Below are positions 6,686 to 15,773 of a stretch of DNA of 64,000 nucleotides, one piece after another. The stretch is from IMG/VR virus record IMGVR_UViG_3300032323_001214, positions 1 through 64,000 of that record; one strand, given 5' to 3'. The first letter of the stretch is position 1. Every line of letters begins with the position of its first letter. The notes beneath the pieces are model-generated. The model saw only the letters and a list, made by a program, of their open reading frames with translations. It did not search any database and was not told the origin of the DNA. The translations under genes were made by a program, and so were the position numbers.

Positions 6686-7372
6686 CTATTTATGCTTTAA
6701 CGGCGGGTCATTCTTAATTCTATGTGCATAATGTAAATCGAGTGACATTAGCATTACGGGACGTATAAAACGTTTTGGAATAATATTCTTAAATGCCTTA
6801 AATTTATAATTATCAATGTCTTCCTGACTATTGAATATCTTTTCAATTATGAAATCATACTTAACTGCAGGTATGGTTTTAGAAAATATATTTAATGCAT
6901 AGTCTTTTGCTTGTGATGATTCTGTAATTCTTAAAGCTTTTTTAGTGGCTTTTATAACTATAAAACCCTTAGTATATTGCTGACCTTCAAATTGTTCTAG
7001 CATCAACTTTTCAATAGAAAAGAAATCATCATGTGGGGATTTCCAGGAACTACTAGTTTTATACCATAATCCTACTACCCAATAGGGTAATACATCTTCT
7101 GCCTTTTTTCTATGCCAAGCAATTTCAATTTTGTATCCTACCATTATTTCATCTATTTCTCCATCAGTAAATCTAGCTGATACTACAAAATCTTTGGGAG
7201 AAACTTCTAAGAATAGTTGTCGTAACCAATCAGCAAACTTCTTAATATCTTCATAGTAATATATAGGGTTAGGAGCAATAGATTCATGTTCTACATATTG
7301 TATCAATATTTGATTAAAATGCTCAACGTCAGCTAAATCATTGGGGTCAAGCAATTTGTAGGTGGTAGTCAT
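6686..7372 (-). CDS. hypothetical protein, possible GNAT-like fold
   Basis: Distant similarity to 9937..10509 (YWVVGLWY/FWVISALY; KYDF/RYDC). Confidence 0.45.
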   Translation of the reverse strand: MTTTYKLLDPNDLADVEHFNQILIQYVEHESIAPNPIYYYEDIKKFADWLRQLFLEVSPKDFVVSARFTDGEIDEIMVGYKIEIAWHRKKAEDVLPYWVVGLWYKTSSSWKSPHDDFFSIEKLMLEQFEGQQYTKGFIVIKATKKALRITESSQAKDYALNIFSKTIPAVKYDFIIEKIFNSQEDIDNYKFKAFKNIIPKRFIRPVMLMSLDLHYAHRIKNDPPLKHK

Positions 7373-7397
7373 ATTATTTTACAGTGTATAGTGGCAG

Positions 7398-7405
7398 TAT
7401 AAATA
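7398..7405 (+). promoter_or_regulatory. T4-type late promoter
   Basis: TATAAATA 4 nt before the Rieske ATG. Confidence 0.65.
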
Positions 7406-7409
7406 TTTA

Positions 7410-8246
7410 ATGTTTACATCTACCCCTAAAATATTTGCTCATGTATCATCTGTAAATAAAGGTAACTTTGTATTACCTGAAGTTATACTCAACAAAGCTG
7501 ACAACGGAGTAAACTTATTTCATAGATTTTGCCCACATAGAATGTATCCACTACATAATACCGGAGAACATGTAGAAAATATCGTATGTAAATTTCACAA
7601 CTTTGAATGGGATAAAGATGGTAATCCTTTAAATAATCCTAAAAAGTTAAAATGCGGAACCGCTGAAGTGGGACGATCCGGATTAGTATTTAAAGATTTT
7701 ATTGAACCTGATCATCAATGGGTAGATGATTTAGCAAAAGAAACAGAATTGGTGTATAGTCATTCTTTTCAAGGAGAAAGTAAAGGAAGCTGGCTATGGT
7801 TAATGGATGCTGAAGCAGATTTGTTACATTTATACAAAGGTGGTATACATCCTTTTTTATCTCAGCAAATAGAGCTAAATGATATTGTACTTGACCAGGG
7901 CGATGGATGGATACTTCAACATCACCCAAATGGCTGGTGGTTATATATATTCCCCTTTACTTTTGTAGAATACAGCAGACCAGGATGTGTTATGGTTAAT
8001 ACAGTTATACCTGATAATATAGATACTGAGTATGGATTTAAATGGATTACACAATTTTACTATAGCAAAGATATACATCCCAATACTCGTATGATATTTG
8101 AAACACTAGAAACTGTCTTTAAAGAAGATGTTGCTACAGCAGAATTACAAAAGGGAAATTACTTTCCGTTAACGAAGGCGATGAACCGATATGAGGATCA
8201 TTGCGTATATTTTGGCAATTGGGTTAAAAATAATAAATTAAAATAA
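7410..8246 (+). CDS. Rieske non-heme iron oxygenase (ring-hydroxylating alpha-subunit-like)
   Basis: CPH...CKFH Rieske ligands; DLLH....IH and EDVATAE mononuclear Fe ligands. Confidence 0.88.
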   Translation: MFTSTPKIFAHVSSVNKGNFVLPEVILNKADNGVNLFHRFCPHRMYPLHNTGEHVENIVCKFHNFEWDKDGNPLNNPKKLKCGTAEVGRSGLVFKDFIEPDHQWVDDLAKETELVYSHSFQGESKGSWLWLMDAEADLLHLYKGGIHPFLSQQIELNDIVLDQGDGWILQHHPNGWWLYIFPFTFVEYSRPGCVMVNTVIPDNIDTEYGFKWITQFYYSKDIHPNTRMIFETLETVFKEDVATAELQKGNYFPLTKAMNRYEDHCVYFGNWVKNNKLK

Positions 8247-9158
8247 CTCAGTTAACTCATTGTAGGTGAACCAGTATTCGTTTCCTTCTCCTACTACTGC
8301 GGTCATATAATCTTGCATTTTATTAATATATTCTGGATATACTCCGGTAAAGTTATCCCCTTCATAACCTGTTAATTTATGTTTATATTTAATATCAGGC
8401 CATATCTCTGAATGTATGGGAGTTCTACTAGTCCAACAACTTAATTTGCCCGGTAATTTATCATTTAGTAAATCTTGTATTAATGGTAATTCATTAAATG
8501 CTTTAATCAGATTGGGGTTAAATTCATACCAATCACATACATTTGGTCTACCAATAGATTGTAGATACATAGATGAATTATGATTGGCTTCATTTAAAGG
8601 GAATATCCAATTAGATTTTTGGCTATAATCTCTTTGTAATACACGTGACCAATATGGTTCAGCATCTCCCATTACCGGTATGTTGTCTATATAATCAAAG
8701 AATTTTATATGAGGTAAACGTCCGGCTCTGATGCAACCGCTCTTTTGAAATACATCATATGCTTCAGCCTCAAAGAATTTTTCTAAATTAAAATCTATAA
8801 TTTTATAGGGAATATTTAAACATGTGGCAATTTCTACTGCTGATGTTACATCTCGGTGGTTTATGTTATTTTCATATTTGAAAATATATGTATTATGTGT
8901 TATCTTTAAATCTTTAAAAGTACGTACTACTACTTCGCTATCAATACCACCAGATAATAATACATCAAATGTACCCACATGGTAATCTCTCATCAACCTA
9001 GCGTTATTATACAATTCTTCTTTATAGGATTTTACAGGCTTGGTTATAGTTGAAGTGTTTATGTTTAATGTATAAACATCATCTTTGCTTTTACGTAATC
9101 CAAAAGGTACATCATTAAAGCTCCATGTTAACCAACCATTAAAGGTAGACATGCTCAT
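8238..9158 (-). CDS. PP-loop ATP pyrophosphatase (asparagine synthetase-like superfamily)
   Basis: VLLSGGIDSE motif; shared K-x-T-G-x-E C-terminal motif with 3383..4333. Confidence 0.7.
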   Translation of the reverse strand: MSMSTFNGWLTWSFNDVPFGLRKSKDDVYTLNINTSTITKPVKSYKEELYNNARLMRDYHVGTFDVLLSGGIDSEVVVRTFKDLKITHNTYIFKYENNINHRDVTSAVEIATCLNIPYKIIDFNLEKFFEAEAYDVFQKSGCIRAGRLPHIKFFDYIDNIPVMGDAEPYWSRVLQRDYSQKSNWIFPLNEANHNSSMYLQSIGRPNVCDWYEFNPNLIKAFNELPLIQDLLNDKLPGKLSCWTSRTPIHSEIWPDIKYKHKLTGYEGDNFTGVYPEYINKMQDYMTAVVGEGNEYWFTYNELTELF

Positions 9159-9934
9159 GTTGTCTTAATTAATTTAATAATGAGTCCGGATATATCTAAT
9201 TCCCACCATTGTTTTCTAAAGGTATAATCTCTAGGAAATCTATGATGATTGTTATGCCATGCTTCACCCCAACTAGGTATAGACCATAACCAATTATTTG
9301 ATGATTGGTCATTAAGATTATATGAACGATATCCACCTAACCAATTTGGTTTATGTCCTACATAGTTAACGACATTACTCATAAGTCCTGTAATTAATGC
9401 AGGGGTCCAATGAAGGAATATCATTAACCAAAAACCACCAATGGCAAACAATATTATACTATATAAAGCAATTATTGCAAAGTAATAACGATGTAGGAAC
9501 TGTTGGAATGTATCAGTCACTAATTTCCTCATTCTCCATTTAGTATCATTGTTTACTTCATTAACATAATCAAGTGAGAATATCTTTATACCTTTATATA
9601 AAGGGCTATGCGGGTCATCGGGTTTATCACTTTTTAAATGATGATTAATGTGAATTGCTACCCAAGCAAGTGGGCTTCCTGTGCCAGCAAAACATCCTAA
9701 TATTGAAAATAATTTAGTAAATAATGGGTTTGTTTTATAGCTACGATGTGTTAATTGTCTATGATATGTGACTACTATTCCTAAACATCCATACAAAAAA
9801 TAACCCAATAGAATTAATAATATTGCGTTTAATGATACTCCATATACAATAGTGGCAAGTATCGTTCCTATCAATGATAGTATCATAAAAGCTTGGGCGC
9901 CGCGGGTACTTGATGCTAGGTATTTCATTAACAT
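9155..9934 (-). CDS. membrane fatty acid desaturase-like protein
   Basis: HRQLTH, HINHH, HNNHH; DPHSP. Confidence 0.9.
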   Translation of the reverse strand: MLMKYLASSTRGAQAFMILSLIGTILATIVYGVSLNAILLILLGYFLYGCLGIVVTYHRQLTHRSYKTNPLFTKLFSILGCFAGTGSPLAWVAIHINHHLKSDKPDDPHSPLYKGIKIFSLDYVNEVNNDTKWRMRKLVTDTFQQFLHRYYFAIIALYSIILFAIGGFWLMIFLHWTPALITGLMSNVVNYVGHKPNWLGGYRSYNLNDQSSNNWLWSIPSWGEAWHNNHHRFPRDYTFRKQWWELDISGLIIKLIKTT

Positions 9935-9936
9935 AT

Positions 9937-10509
9937 TTATCTAAAATTAGGTCGCAACACTCTTTTTTTTATGATTACGTTATCTGGTTTTATTTCTTTG
10001 CCTAATAATTTCCAATATAAATCAACTGTTGGCTTGGTATTTGCAGGAACAATGTCTAATTGAATACAATCATATCTACCCGTCGTAATATATTTGTTTT
10101 TTCTATATTGACTCTCATAAACGGATGCAATTCTTTCACTAACAGAATAGTAATATTCGTAGTATTTCTTTGATTCCGCTATGTGGAAGGCTTCTTTAAT
10201 TAACAATCCTATTTCTTCTTGGTTAAAAGAAAAATATTTTGTAAACTTTGTGGTATATAATGCACTAATCACCCAGAATCTACCTCGGGTTTTGTTTTCC
10301 ATTAACACGATCCCTAACCAGCTAACTATTTTGCCATCTTCTATACAGCCTAATGCATAGTAATTATCATTCTCAATAAAATATTTTGTACAGATTTCTA
10401 TTAATGCTTCTTCTGACAGTGGTTTGGATCCGCCTACTCTGGGCCGTAGTTTGGCTATACCCAAACAATCAGCCAAATGAACATCACCTAATAATCTTTC
10501 TACTTTCAT
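9937..10509 (-). CDS. hypothetical protein, possible GNAT-like fold
   Basis: GNAT-like beta-hairpin (ALGCIEDGKIVSWLG), followed by WVISALYT and an AFHIAE helix. Confidence 0.5.
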   Translation of the reverse strand: MKVERLLGDVHLADCLGIAKLRPRVGGSKPLSEEALIEICTKYFIENDNYYALGCIEDGKIVSWLGIVLMENKTRGRFWVISALYTTKFTKYFSFNQEEIGLLIKEAFHIAESKKYYEYYYSVSERIASVYESQYRKNKYITTGRYDCIQLDIVPANTKPTVDLYWKLLGKEIKPDNVIIKKRVLRPNFR

Positions 10510-11267
10510 TTATTGCTTTTTAATAGTGAAATTATTAGTGACAGTGGGTCAAACTCAAATGATTTAACCTTAGTAGATATTCTGTCAGCGTGAGCATGGT
10601 GATTATTATGCCATGCATCCCCTAAAATAAATGGCCACAAATATATATTGTTTGTACTGTGGTCTCTAGTCTCATAGTTTCTGTGCCCGTACATATGAGC
10701 AAAGTAATTAAATGCTATTTGTGAGATACTTACTAAAAATACAGGTAATGCCCACATATAAAAAATTAAATTTACATTTATTAGTCCCAGCAATACTATA
10801 TATGTTGCTATTAATAGCATGTAATACTTATCTATATTAATATGTGCAGGTGTCAATAATTCTTTCACAATAAAATAGTTAATAGGTTTGGTGTCATCAT
10901 ATATTGGTCTAAAACCTATAAATTTAAAAGTGGTATAGTGAGGACTATGAGGGTCTTTTTCAGTATCGCTTGTCGCATGGTGTAATCTATGAATATAAAC
11001 CCAACCAATTGGACTTCCCCTACCTGCTAATACAGCAAATATAGTAAAGAACCATTTAACTACAGAATGTAATTTAAAGCTCTTATGACTATAATATCTA
11101 TGTAACATCATACTTACTCCAAAAATACTATAACAATAAAAGGTAACAATAGCAGTAATAGTGTATATCCAAGATATATCCACAAAAAACATACCAAATA
11201 ATATAGTCACTAAGGATAATATTTGTAGCATGAAAAGTGATTTAGGAGTAGCAGATAAATGTTTCAT
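10506..11267 (-). CDS. membrane fatty acid desaturase-like protein
   Basis: HRYYSH, HRLHH, HNNHH; DPHSP. Confidence 0.9.
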   Translation of the reverse strand: MKHLSATPKSLFMLQILSLVTILFGMFFVDISWIYTITAIVTFYCYSIFGVSMMLHRYYSHKSFKLHSVVKWFFTIFAVLAGRGSPIGWVYIHRLHHATSDTEKDPHSPHYTTFKFIGFRPIYDDTKPINYFIVKELLTPAHINIDKYYMLLIATYIVLLGLINVNLIFYMWALPVFLVSISQIAFNYFAHMYGHRNYETRDHSTNNIYLWPFILGDAWHNNHHAHADRISTKVKSFEFDPLSLIISLLKSNK

Positions 11268-11743
11268 AATGTAATTAACCCTTTGTGTATTAAGTGTGTT
11301 TTTATTGTGTCAAAAGTTATAAAATGATTAACATGTATGTTAAGCAAATATCTAGTATGAACAGTGGAGTTGTTCCTTACATTATGGGGTAATGCAGTGT
11401 TTATTAAACAAGGAACATCAGTAGAATAAGGTATGTCATATTCTATATTATCTATTATCATTTTTCCTATATACTCTGGTCGTTGTTCAGTCAATAATTG
11501 ATTTATTGCACAATTTCTTGTGTTATCTATATGGAACTTATACTCCCATTCAGGTGGGGTTTTATATACACCTACCTGCAGGTCTAAATCATAATAATCA
11601 CATATCATAAGGTTTAACTCTTTTGGAACAGTTGCACGAAACAACTGATTGAATGTTGTCTTATAATTTAAAGAATTATAAATTTCTTTTAATTCACTTA
11701 GACACACTGGTGATTCATTTAATAATATCCAACCTTTATTCAT
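11264..11743 (-). CDS. putative DSBH oxygenase
   Basis: FHID...INTALPHNV...RYLL. Confidence 0.65.
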   Translation of the reverse strand: MNKGWILLNESPVCLSELKEIYNSLNYKTTFNQLFRATVPKELNLMICDYYDLDLQVGVYKTPPEWEYKFHIDNTRNCAINQLLTEQRPEYIGKMIIDNIEYDIPYSTDVPCLINTALPHNVRNNSTVHTRYLLNIHVNHFITFDTIKTHLIHKGLITL

Positions 11744-11748
11744 ATAAT

Positions 11749-12336
11749 TTACTTGCCTAATAATAGATCACTGGTATCTATAACGTCTTCTAATTTTCTA
11801 AAGAGAGTTTTATCTAGCGGCCATCTTACAGTAAACATAACTCTATACTCGTCTGAATCATTGCGCACACTATGTAGTATTGAGTTATTCATTACATATG
11901 GACGAATGACTTCTATTTCTTCTCCTATAAGTTTTAGTTTAGCCTGATCTTTAACTAGCCAAGCAGATAGATAACCATCAGGGGAAGTAGCGTATATATT
12001 ATCTTTTGGGGTATCATAATAACAGTGATATGTATTCTGTGTACCAATGATTGGAATATTAATACCAAACGGCGAGGTTGGATCAACACCGTCTATATGT
12101 GCCTCAAGTGATGTATGCGGTGGGGTAATATAATATCGAAATATTCTAATAGGAGCTTTGACTTTTGGCATAAGCCATGTCATAAATTTGGGACAATGCT
12201 CTGTCATATACGTAGCAGAGTACGAAAAAGCATGAGTACCGACCACTGCTTTATAATCTCGGTCTATTGCATTCAATAATTCAACTTGGATTTCTTCCAA
12301 ATTTGGAATAGTAAATGGTATAGCTAATTCATTCAT
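11749..12336 (-). CDS. putative DSBH oxygenase
   Basis: AHIDG...GINIP...NNSILHSV...RVMFTVR. Confidence 0.7.
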   Translation of the reverse strand: MNELAIPFTIPNLEEIQVELLNAIDRDYKAVVGTHAFSYSATYMTEHCPKFMTWLMPKVKAPIRIFRYYITPPHTSLEAHIDGVDPTSPFGINIPIIGTQNTYHCYYDTPKDNIYATSPDGYLSAWLVKDQAKLKLIGEEIEVIRPYVMNNSILHSVRNDSDEYRVMFTVRWPLDKTLFRKLEDVIDTSDLLLGK

Positions 12337-12345
12337 AGTTATATT

Positions 12346-12357
12346 TATTTATAAATA
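12346..12357. promoter_or_regulatory. bidirectional T4-type late promoter
   Basis: Palindrome TATTTATAAATA gives TATAAATA on both strands within a 27-bp divergent gap. Confidence 0.7.
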
Positions 12358-12363
12358 ATATCT

Positions 12364-12975
12364 ATGTATAATAAAACATACAATTCACTGAGCAAAAAAG
12401 AAAAAGATCATTTCTTTGAATATCTACAATCTATAAAAGCCACAAATACCCAAGCCTATACCAATATGTGGAATGATAATTGGATGAATGAGGTTCATAC
12501 GCTTCCCTATGTACTTGAAAAAACAGACAGATTTAACGAAATTAACGGTGAATTTCACATCATATACAATGATTCAGATATTGTCGCATGTGGTGGTGTA
12601 TATAGAAGTCACTTCAGCGAGTCAGTGGGTATAGGTGGTGTACGTACTTGGACTAACGACAAATATAGACACCAATCGTTGTTGCGTGATTTTTTGTTAC
12701 CACTGCACAAATCTTGGTGTATAGAACATAATATAAAAATGATTGTGTTGTCTTTTAATGAGTATAATAAGAATCTAATCCAGGTGTTTAAACGTAGAAG
12801 ATTTGGTGAACAAAAAGATCGGATCAACAGTAGACAACCTCATCATTTATTTTATAACGGAATGGGTGAACCAAAGTTTCCGGTTATAATTCAGCATACA
12901 AAACAATGGATAATTTATGAAAAATTAGATCCATCGTTTGACTTTGACTGGACTACCATCAAATGCAAACTCTAA
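12364..12975 (+). CDS. GNAT-like acyltransferase
   Basis: IVACGGVY...RTWTNDKYRHQSL resembles GNAT motif A. Confidence 0.6.
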   Translation: MYNKTYNSLSKKEKDHFFEYLQSIKATNTQAYTNMWNDNWMNEVHTLPYVLEKTDRFNEINGEFHIIYNDSDIVACGGVYRSHFSESVGIGGVRTWTNDKYRHQSLLRDFLLPLHKSWCIEHNIKMIVLSFNEYNKNLIQVFKRRRFGEQKDRINSRQPHHLFYNGMGEPKFPVIIQHTKQWIIYEKLDPSFDFDWTTIKCKL

Positions 12976-13361
12976 AATATCATCATTTGTTAAATATATC
13001 TGTAAATCATTTTATAAAAAATATTGAGGTGATACCCAAATTACCTAAAAATACTGACATATTTGTATCTAAATGTGATACAAAATTATTTTTACATGAA
13101 GGTGTATATAGCAAACTCTCTGAATTAGATCGGTTATCTAGTCTAATGTTTTTTATGACACCCGAATCCGATAAAAAAAATATTCATGTTGATTATAAGA
13201 CAAACAACTTTACTTTGCTTAATGTTTTAAAGCCACACGGCATAGAAAATAAAAATACTGAAAAGGAAAAAATAGTGCTATCTATGGGATTCAAGAATCA
13301 TGCATACAGTACTATGAGAGAAATGCATTATAAAGGAGAGTTGCTAAATGGTGTTATATAA
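12963..13361 (+). CDS. DSBH oxygenase-like protein, probably internally deleted
   Basis: IHVD followed within about 15 aa by LNVLKPHGI; central strands present in paralogs are missing. Confidence 0.5.
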   Translation: MQTLKYHHLLNISVNHFIKNIEVIPKLPKNTDIFVSKCDTKLFLHEGVYSKLSELDRLSSLMFFMTPESDKKNIHVDYKTNNFTLLNVLKPHGIENKNTEKEKIVLSMGFKNHAYSTMREMHYKGELLNGVI

Positions 13362-13908
13362 AAAATTAAACGTTGACAACTTTGAACAAATGCGAGTAGA
13401 GTTAGAATTAGCAACAACTGACAGAGTTATACAAAATACAAGATACTGGGGAGAACCTTATAAATGGTTTAAAGAAAACGCACCAACGTTCTATAACTTT
13501 GTAGAAAGTAAAAGAAAAATTTCTACTAGATTTTGTAGATTTTATCTAACTCCCCCAAATAGTAGTCTGCAGCCACACATTGATGGCACCAGTTCTTATA
13601 GATCACCGATTGGATTAAATATCCCTATATCGGGTTATGAGGGTAGTACAATGGATTGGTATATTTGCCCGAATGATAATTTTGATGATGGACATCATGG
13701 ATTTGAAAATATCCCTGCTAGTAAAGTTATAGACTTTACTAAATTAGAAAAAATAGATTCAACTGTTATTGATTGTCCTACATTTGTTAGAACTGATGTT
13801 GTTCACGGGATCGATAATTACAAATATACTAATAGACTAGTACTAAGTATAAGATTTCCGTATACTAAAATATTTGGTCAAAAATTTGAAGATGTTTGGA
13901 AATTTTAA
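13348..13908 (+). CDS. putative DSBH oxygenase
   Basis: PHIDG...GLNIP...RTDVVHGI...RLVLSIR; close paralog of 11749..12336. Confidence 0.7.
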   Translation: MVLYKKLNVDNFEQMRVELELATTDRVIQNTRYWGEPYKWFKENAPTFYNFVESKRKISTRFCRFYLTPPNSSLQPHIDGTSSYRSPIGLNIPISGYEGSTMDWYICPNDNFDDGHHGFENIPASKVIDFTKLEKIDSTVIDCPTFVRTDVVHGIDNYKYTNRLVLSIRFPYTKIFGQKFEDVWKF

Positions 13909-13939
13909 TCATCATGGTTTGATTCATGATGATTAATAA

Positions 13940-14479
13940 TTAAAGTGATATTTTGCCAACAGCATTAATGACTGATGCAATACGACCAATAGCCATCAAC
14001 TCTTGTGTGGTCATGCCTTCTTTCTTGAGTGTATCATAGTGTGCTTTCACACAGAAATGACACTTACCGATAATACTTGCAGCTAGTGAGTACATTTCAA
14101 ATTTCTTTTTAGATACACCACCGTGCGTAGCATAAGCATTCATCCGCAATCCTGCAGGTAGACCCTTCATACCTTCATCACCTGCCATTTCAACAAATGG
14201 ATACCAGATGTTGTTTTGTGCCATCAATGATGCCGCTGTCTTGGCCGCTTCACGTTCTTTTTCTGCGGTAAACAAAGGACTGTTGTGTTCGATCTCAAAT
14301 GCTAAACCTCCGTTACCGGCTGCAAGTGCTGATGCATATGCAATAGCATGTGTATCTACTGGATCTAACCCTGAACGATTGATAACTGCATCGATGTTTA
14401 GTTTAATGTCTTTGGAGTGATCTGGGATACTATCTTTTACAGATTGTACCCAATCACCATTAATGGTGATTGGTTGCAT
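13940..14479 (-). CDS. ahpD: alkyl hydroperoxide reductase AhpD
   Basis: KDIKLN N-terminus, LRMN, FEMYSLAAS...CHFC motif; downstream of ahpC. Confidence 0.93.
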   Translation of the reverse strand: MQPITINGDWVQSVKDSIPDHSKDIKLNIDAVINRSGLDPVDTHAIAYASALAAGNGGLAFEIEHNSPLFTAEKEREAAKTAASLMAQNNIWYPFVEMAGDEGMKGLPAGLRMNAYATHGGVSKKKFEMYSLAASIIGKCHFCVKAHYDTLKKEGMTTQELMAIGRIASVINAVGKISL

Positions 14480-15018
14480 TATAGTGTTTCTCCACCAATA
14501 GCACGATTACATGGGCATAGTTCGCCAGTCTGTAATGCGTCAAGAATACGCAATGTTTCATCTGGGCTACGACCAACGTTCAAGTTATTAACTGTAACGT
14601 GCTGGATTTCATTGTTTGGATCAACGATGAATGTTGCACGAAGTGCGGCACCTGCTGGTGCATAGAATACACCTAATTGTTCAATCAAGCTCAACTCACC
14701 TCGCTGTGTGTCAGCAAACTGGTGATGTGTGATCTTCTTCAAGTCGGCGTGTGCATTTTGCCATGCTACTTTGCAGAACTCGTTGTCTGTGCTTCCTGTT
14801 AGCAATACTGCATCGCGGTCAGCAAAGTCTTGTGTCAACTTGTCGTATGCTACGATTTCTGTAGGGCAAACGAATGTAAAGTCTTTTGGATAGTAGACAA
14901 TTACCTTCCACTTGCCTTCAAAACTATTTTCTGTAATAGTGTAGAAAGCATCTTCTGGTTGTCCTGGCTTAACGCCTGTAACTGCGAATTTTTCTAATTT
15001 ATCTCCGACTGTTTTCAT
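14479..15018 (-). CDS. ahpC: peroxiredoxin AhpC
   Basis: YPKDFTFVCPTE and LCPCN motifs. Confidence 0.96.
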   Translation of the reverse strand: MKTVGDKLEKFAVTGVKPGQPEDAFYTITENSFEGKWKVIVYYPKDFTFVCPTEIVAYDKLTQDFADRDAVLLTGSTDNEFCKVAWQNAHADLKKITHHQFADTQRGELSLIEQLGVFYAPAGAALRATFIVDPNNEIQHVTVNNLNVGRSPDETLRILDALQTGELCPCNRAIGGETL

Positions 15019-15048
15019 AATTTCTCCTTGTGTGTAATAGTCTCTGTA

Positions 15049-15078
15049 AGTATAACATACTCTATGTTATTTATTCAA
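15049..15078 (-). promoter_or_regulatory. ahpC promoter with overlapping 8-3-8 inverted repeat
   Basis: TTGAAT-18-TATACT with extended TG; ATAACATA-CTC-TATGTTAT at 15052-15070. Confidence 0.55.
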
Positions 15079-15091
15079 TGAAACGGTAAGA

Positions 15092-15394
15092 TTAATCTTC
15101 TGTAGGTATAAGACCGTTGCTATGTTTATCTGTGATTTTTTCAGTATCTTGAAATAAACGCTTCTCTTGCGCCGTCAGTTTGTCTTTGTGAGTTTTACGT
15201 GGGTTACCACACATCATACAACCGGGTTGACCGCAATCCATAGCGTGATGTTTAGCTAGACGATGCGGTTCTTTAATTGCTTTATCTTTATTTGTTAACC
15301 CGTGTGCTTTAGCAATTTTAATTTGCTTTTTGACTGCGGTTTCGTCACGATGACGGCGTTGTGAATTTAAAAATTTTGCAAGTTCATTGGCCAT
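15092..15394 (-). CDS. hypothetical basic protein with Cys cluster
   Basis: HHAMDCGQPGCMMCGNPR, putative metal site. Confidence 0.7.
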   Translation of the reverse strand: MANELAKFLNSQRRHRDETAVKKQIKIAKAHGLTNKDKAIKEPHRLAKHHAMDCGQPGCMMCGNPRKTHKDKLTAQEKRLFQDTEKITDKHSNGLIPTED

Positions 15395-15773
15395 GATGTT
15401 TTTCTTTATAATCGTTTACTGCGGCTTTGATGGCGTCTTCTGCGAGGATGCTACAGTGGATTTTGACTGGGGGGAGGCTGAGTTCGTCTGCGATTGTGCT
15501 GTTTTTAAGTGCTGATGCTTCATCCAATGTTTTACCCTTGACCCACTCTGTGACAAGACTTGAAGAAGCAATTGCCGACCCGCACCCATATGTTTTAAAT
15601 TTGGCATCTGTTATTAATCCTGTTTCTTTATCTACTTTAATACTTAATTTAAGGACGTCTCCACATGCCGGGGCTCCTACCATTCCTATACCTACATCAC
15701 TATCGTCTTTTGCAAAACTACCCACGTTGCGTGGATTTTCATAGTGGTCAATTACTGCCGCTGAATAAGACAT
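15384..15773 (-). CDS. iscU: Fe-S cluster scaffold IscU
   Basis: DHYENPRNVG, APACGD, GCGSAIASSS, LPPVKIHC all intact. Confidence 0.97.
   Translation of the reverse strand: MSYSAAVIDHYENPRNVGSFAKDDSDVGIGMVGAPACGDVLKLSIKVDKETGLITDAKFKTYGCGSAIASSSLVTEWVKGKTLDEASALKNSTIADELSLPPVKIHCSILAEDAIKAAVNDYKEKHHGQ

Noticed and set aside
3383-9158. PP-loop proteins as QueC, TilS or MnmA tRNA/DNA modification enzymes
   Set aside because: They lack the QueC Cys-rich zinc motif and recognisable TilS/MnmA motifs, and no queD/queE/dpdA partners are present in the window.
5893-11267. Polyyne or terminal-alkyne cluster suggested by three desaturases
   Set aside because: No acyl carrier protein, fatty acyl-AMP ligase or thioesterase is visible.
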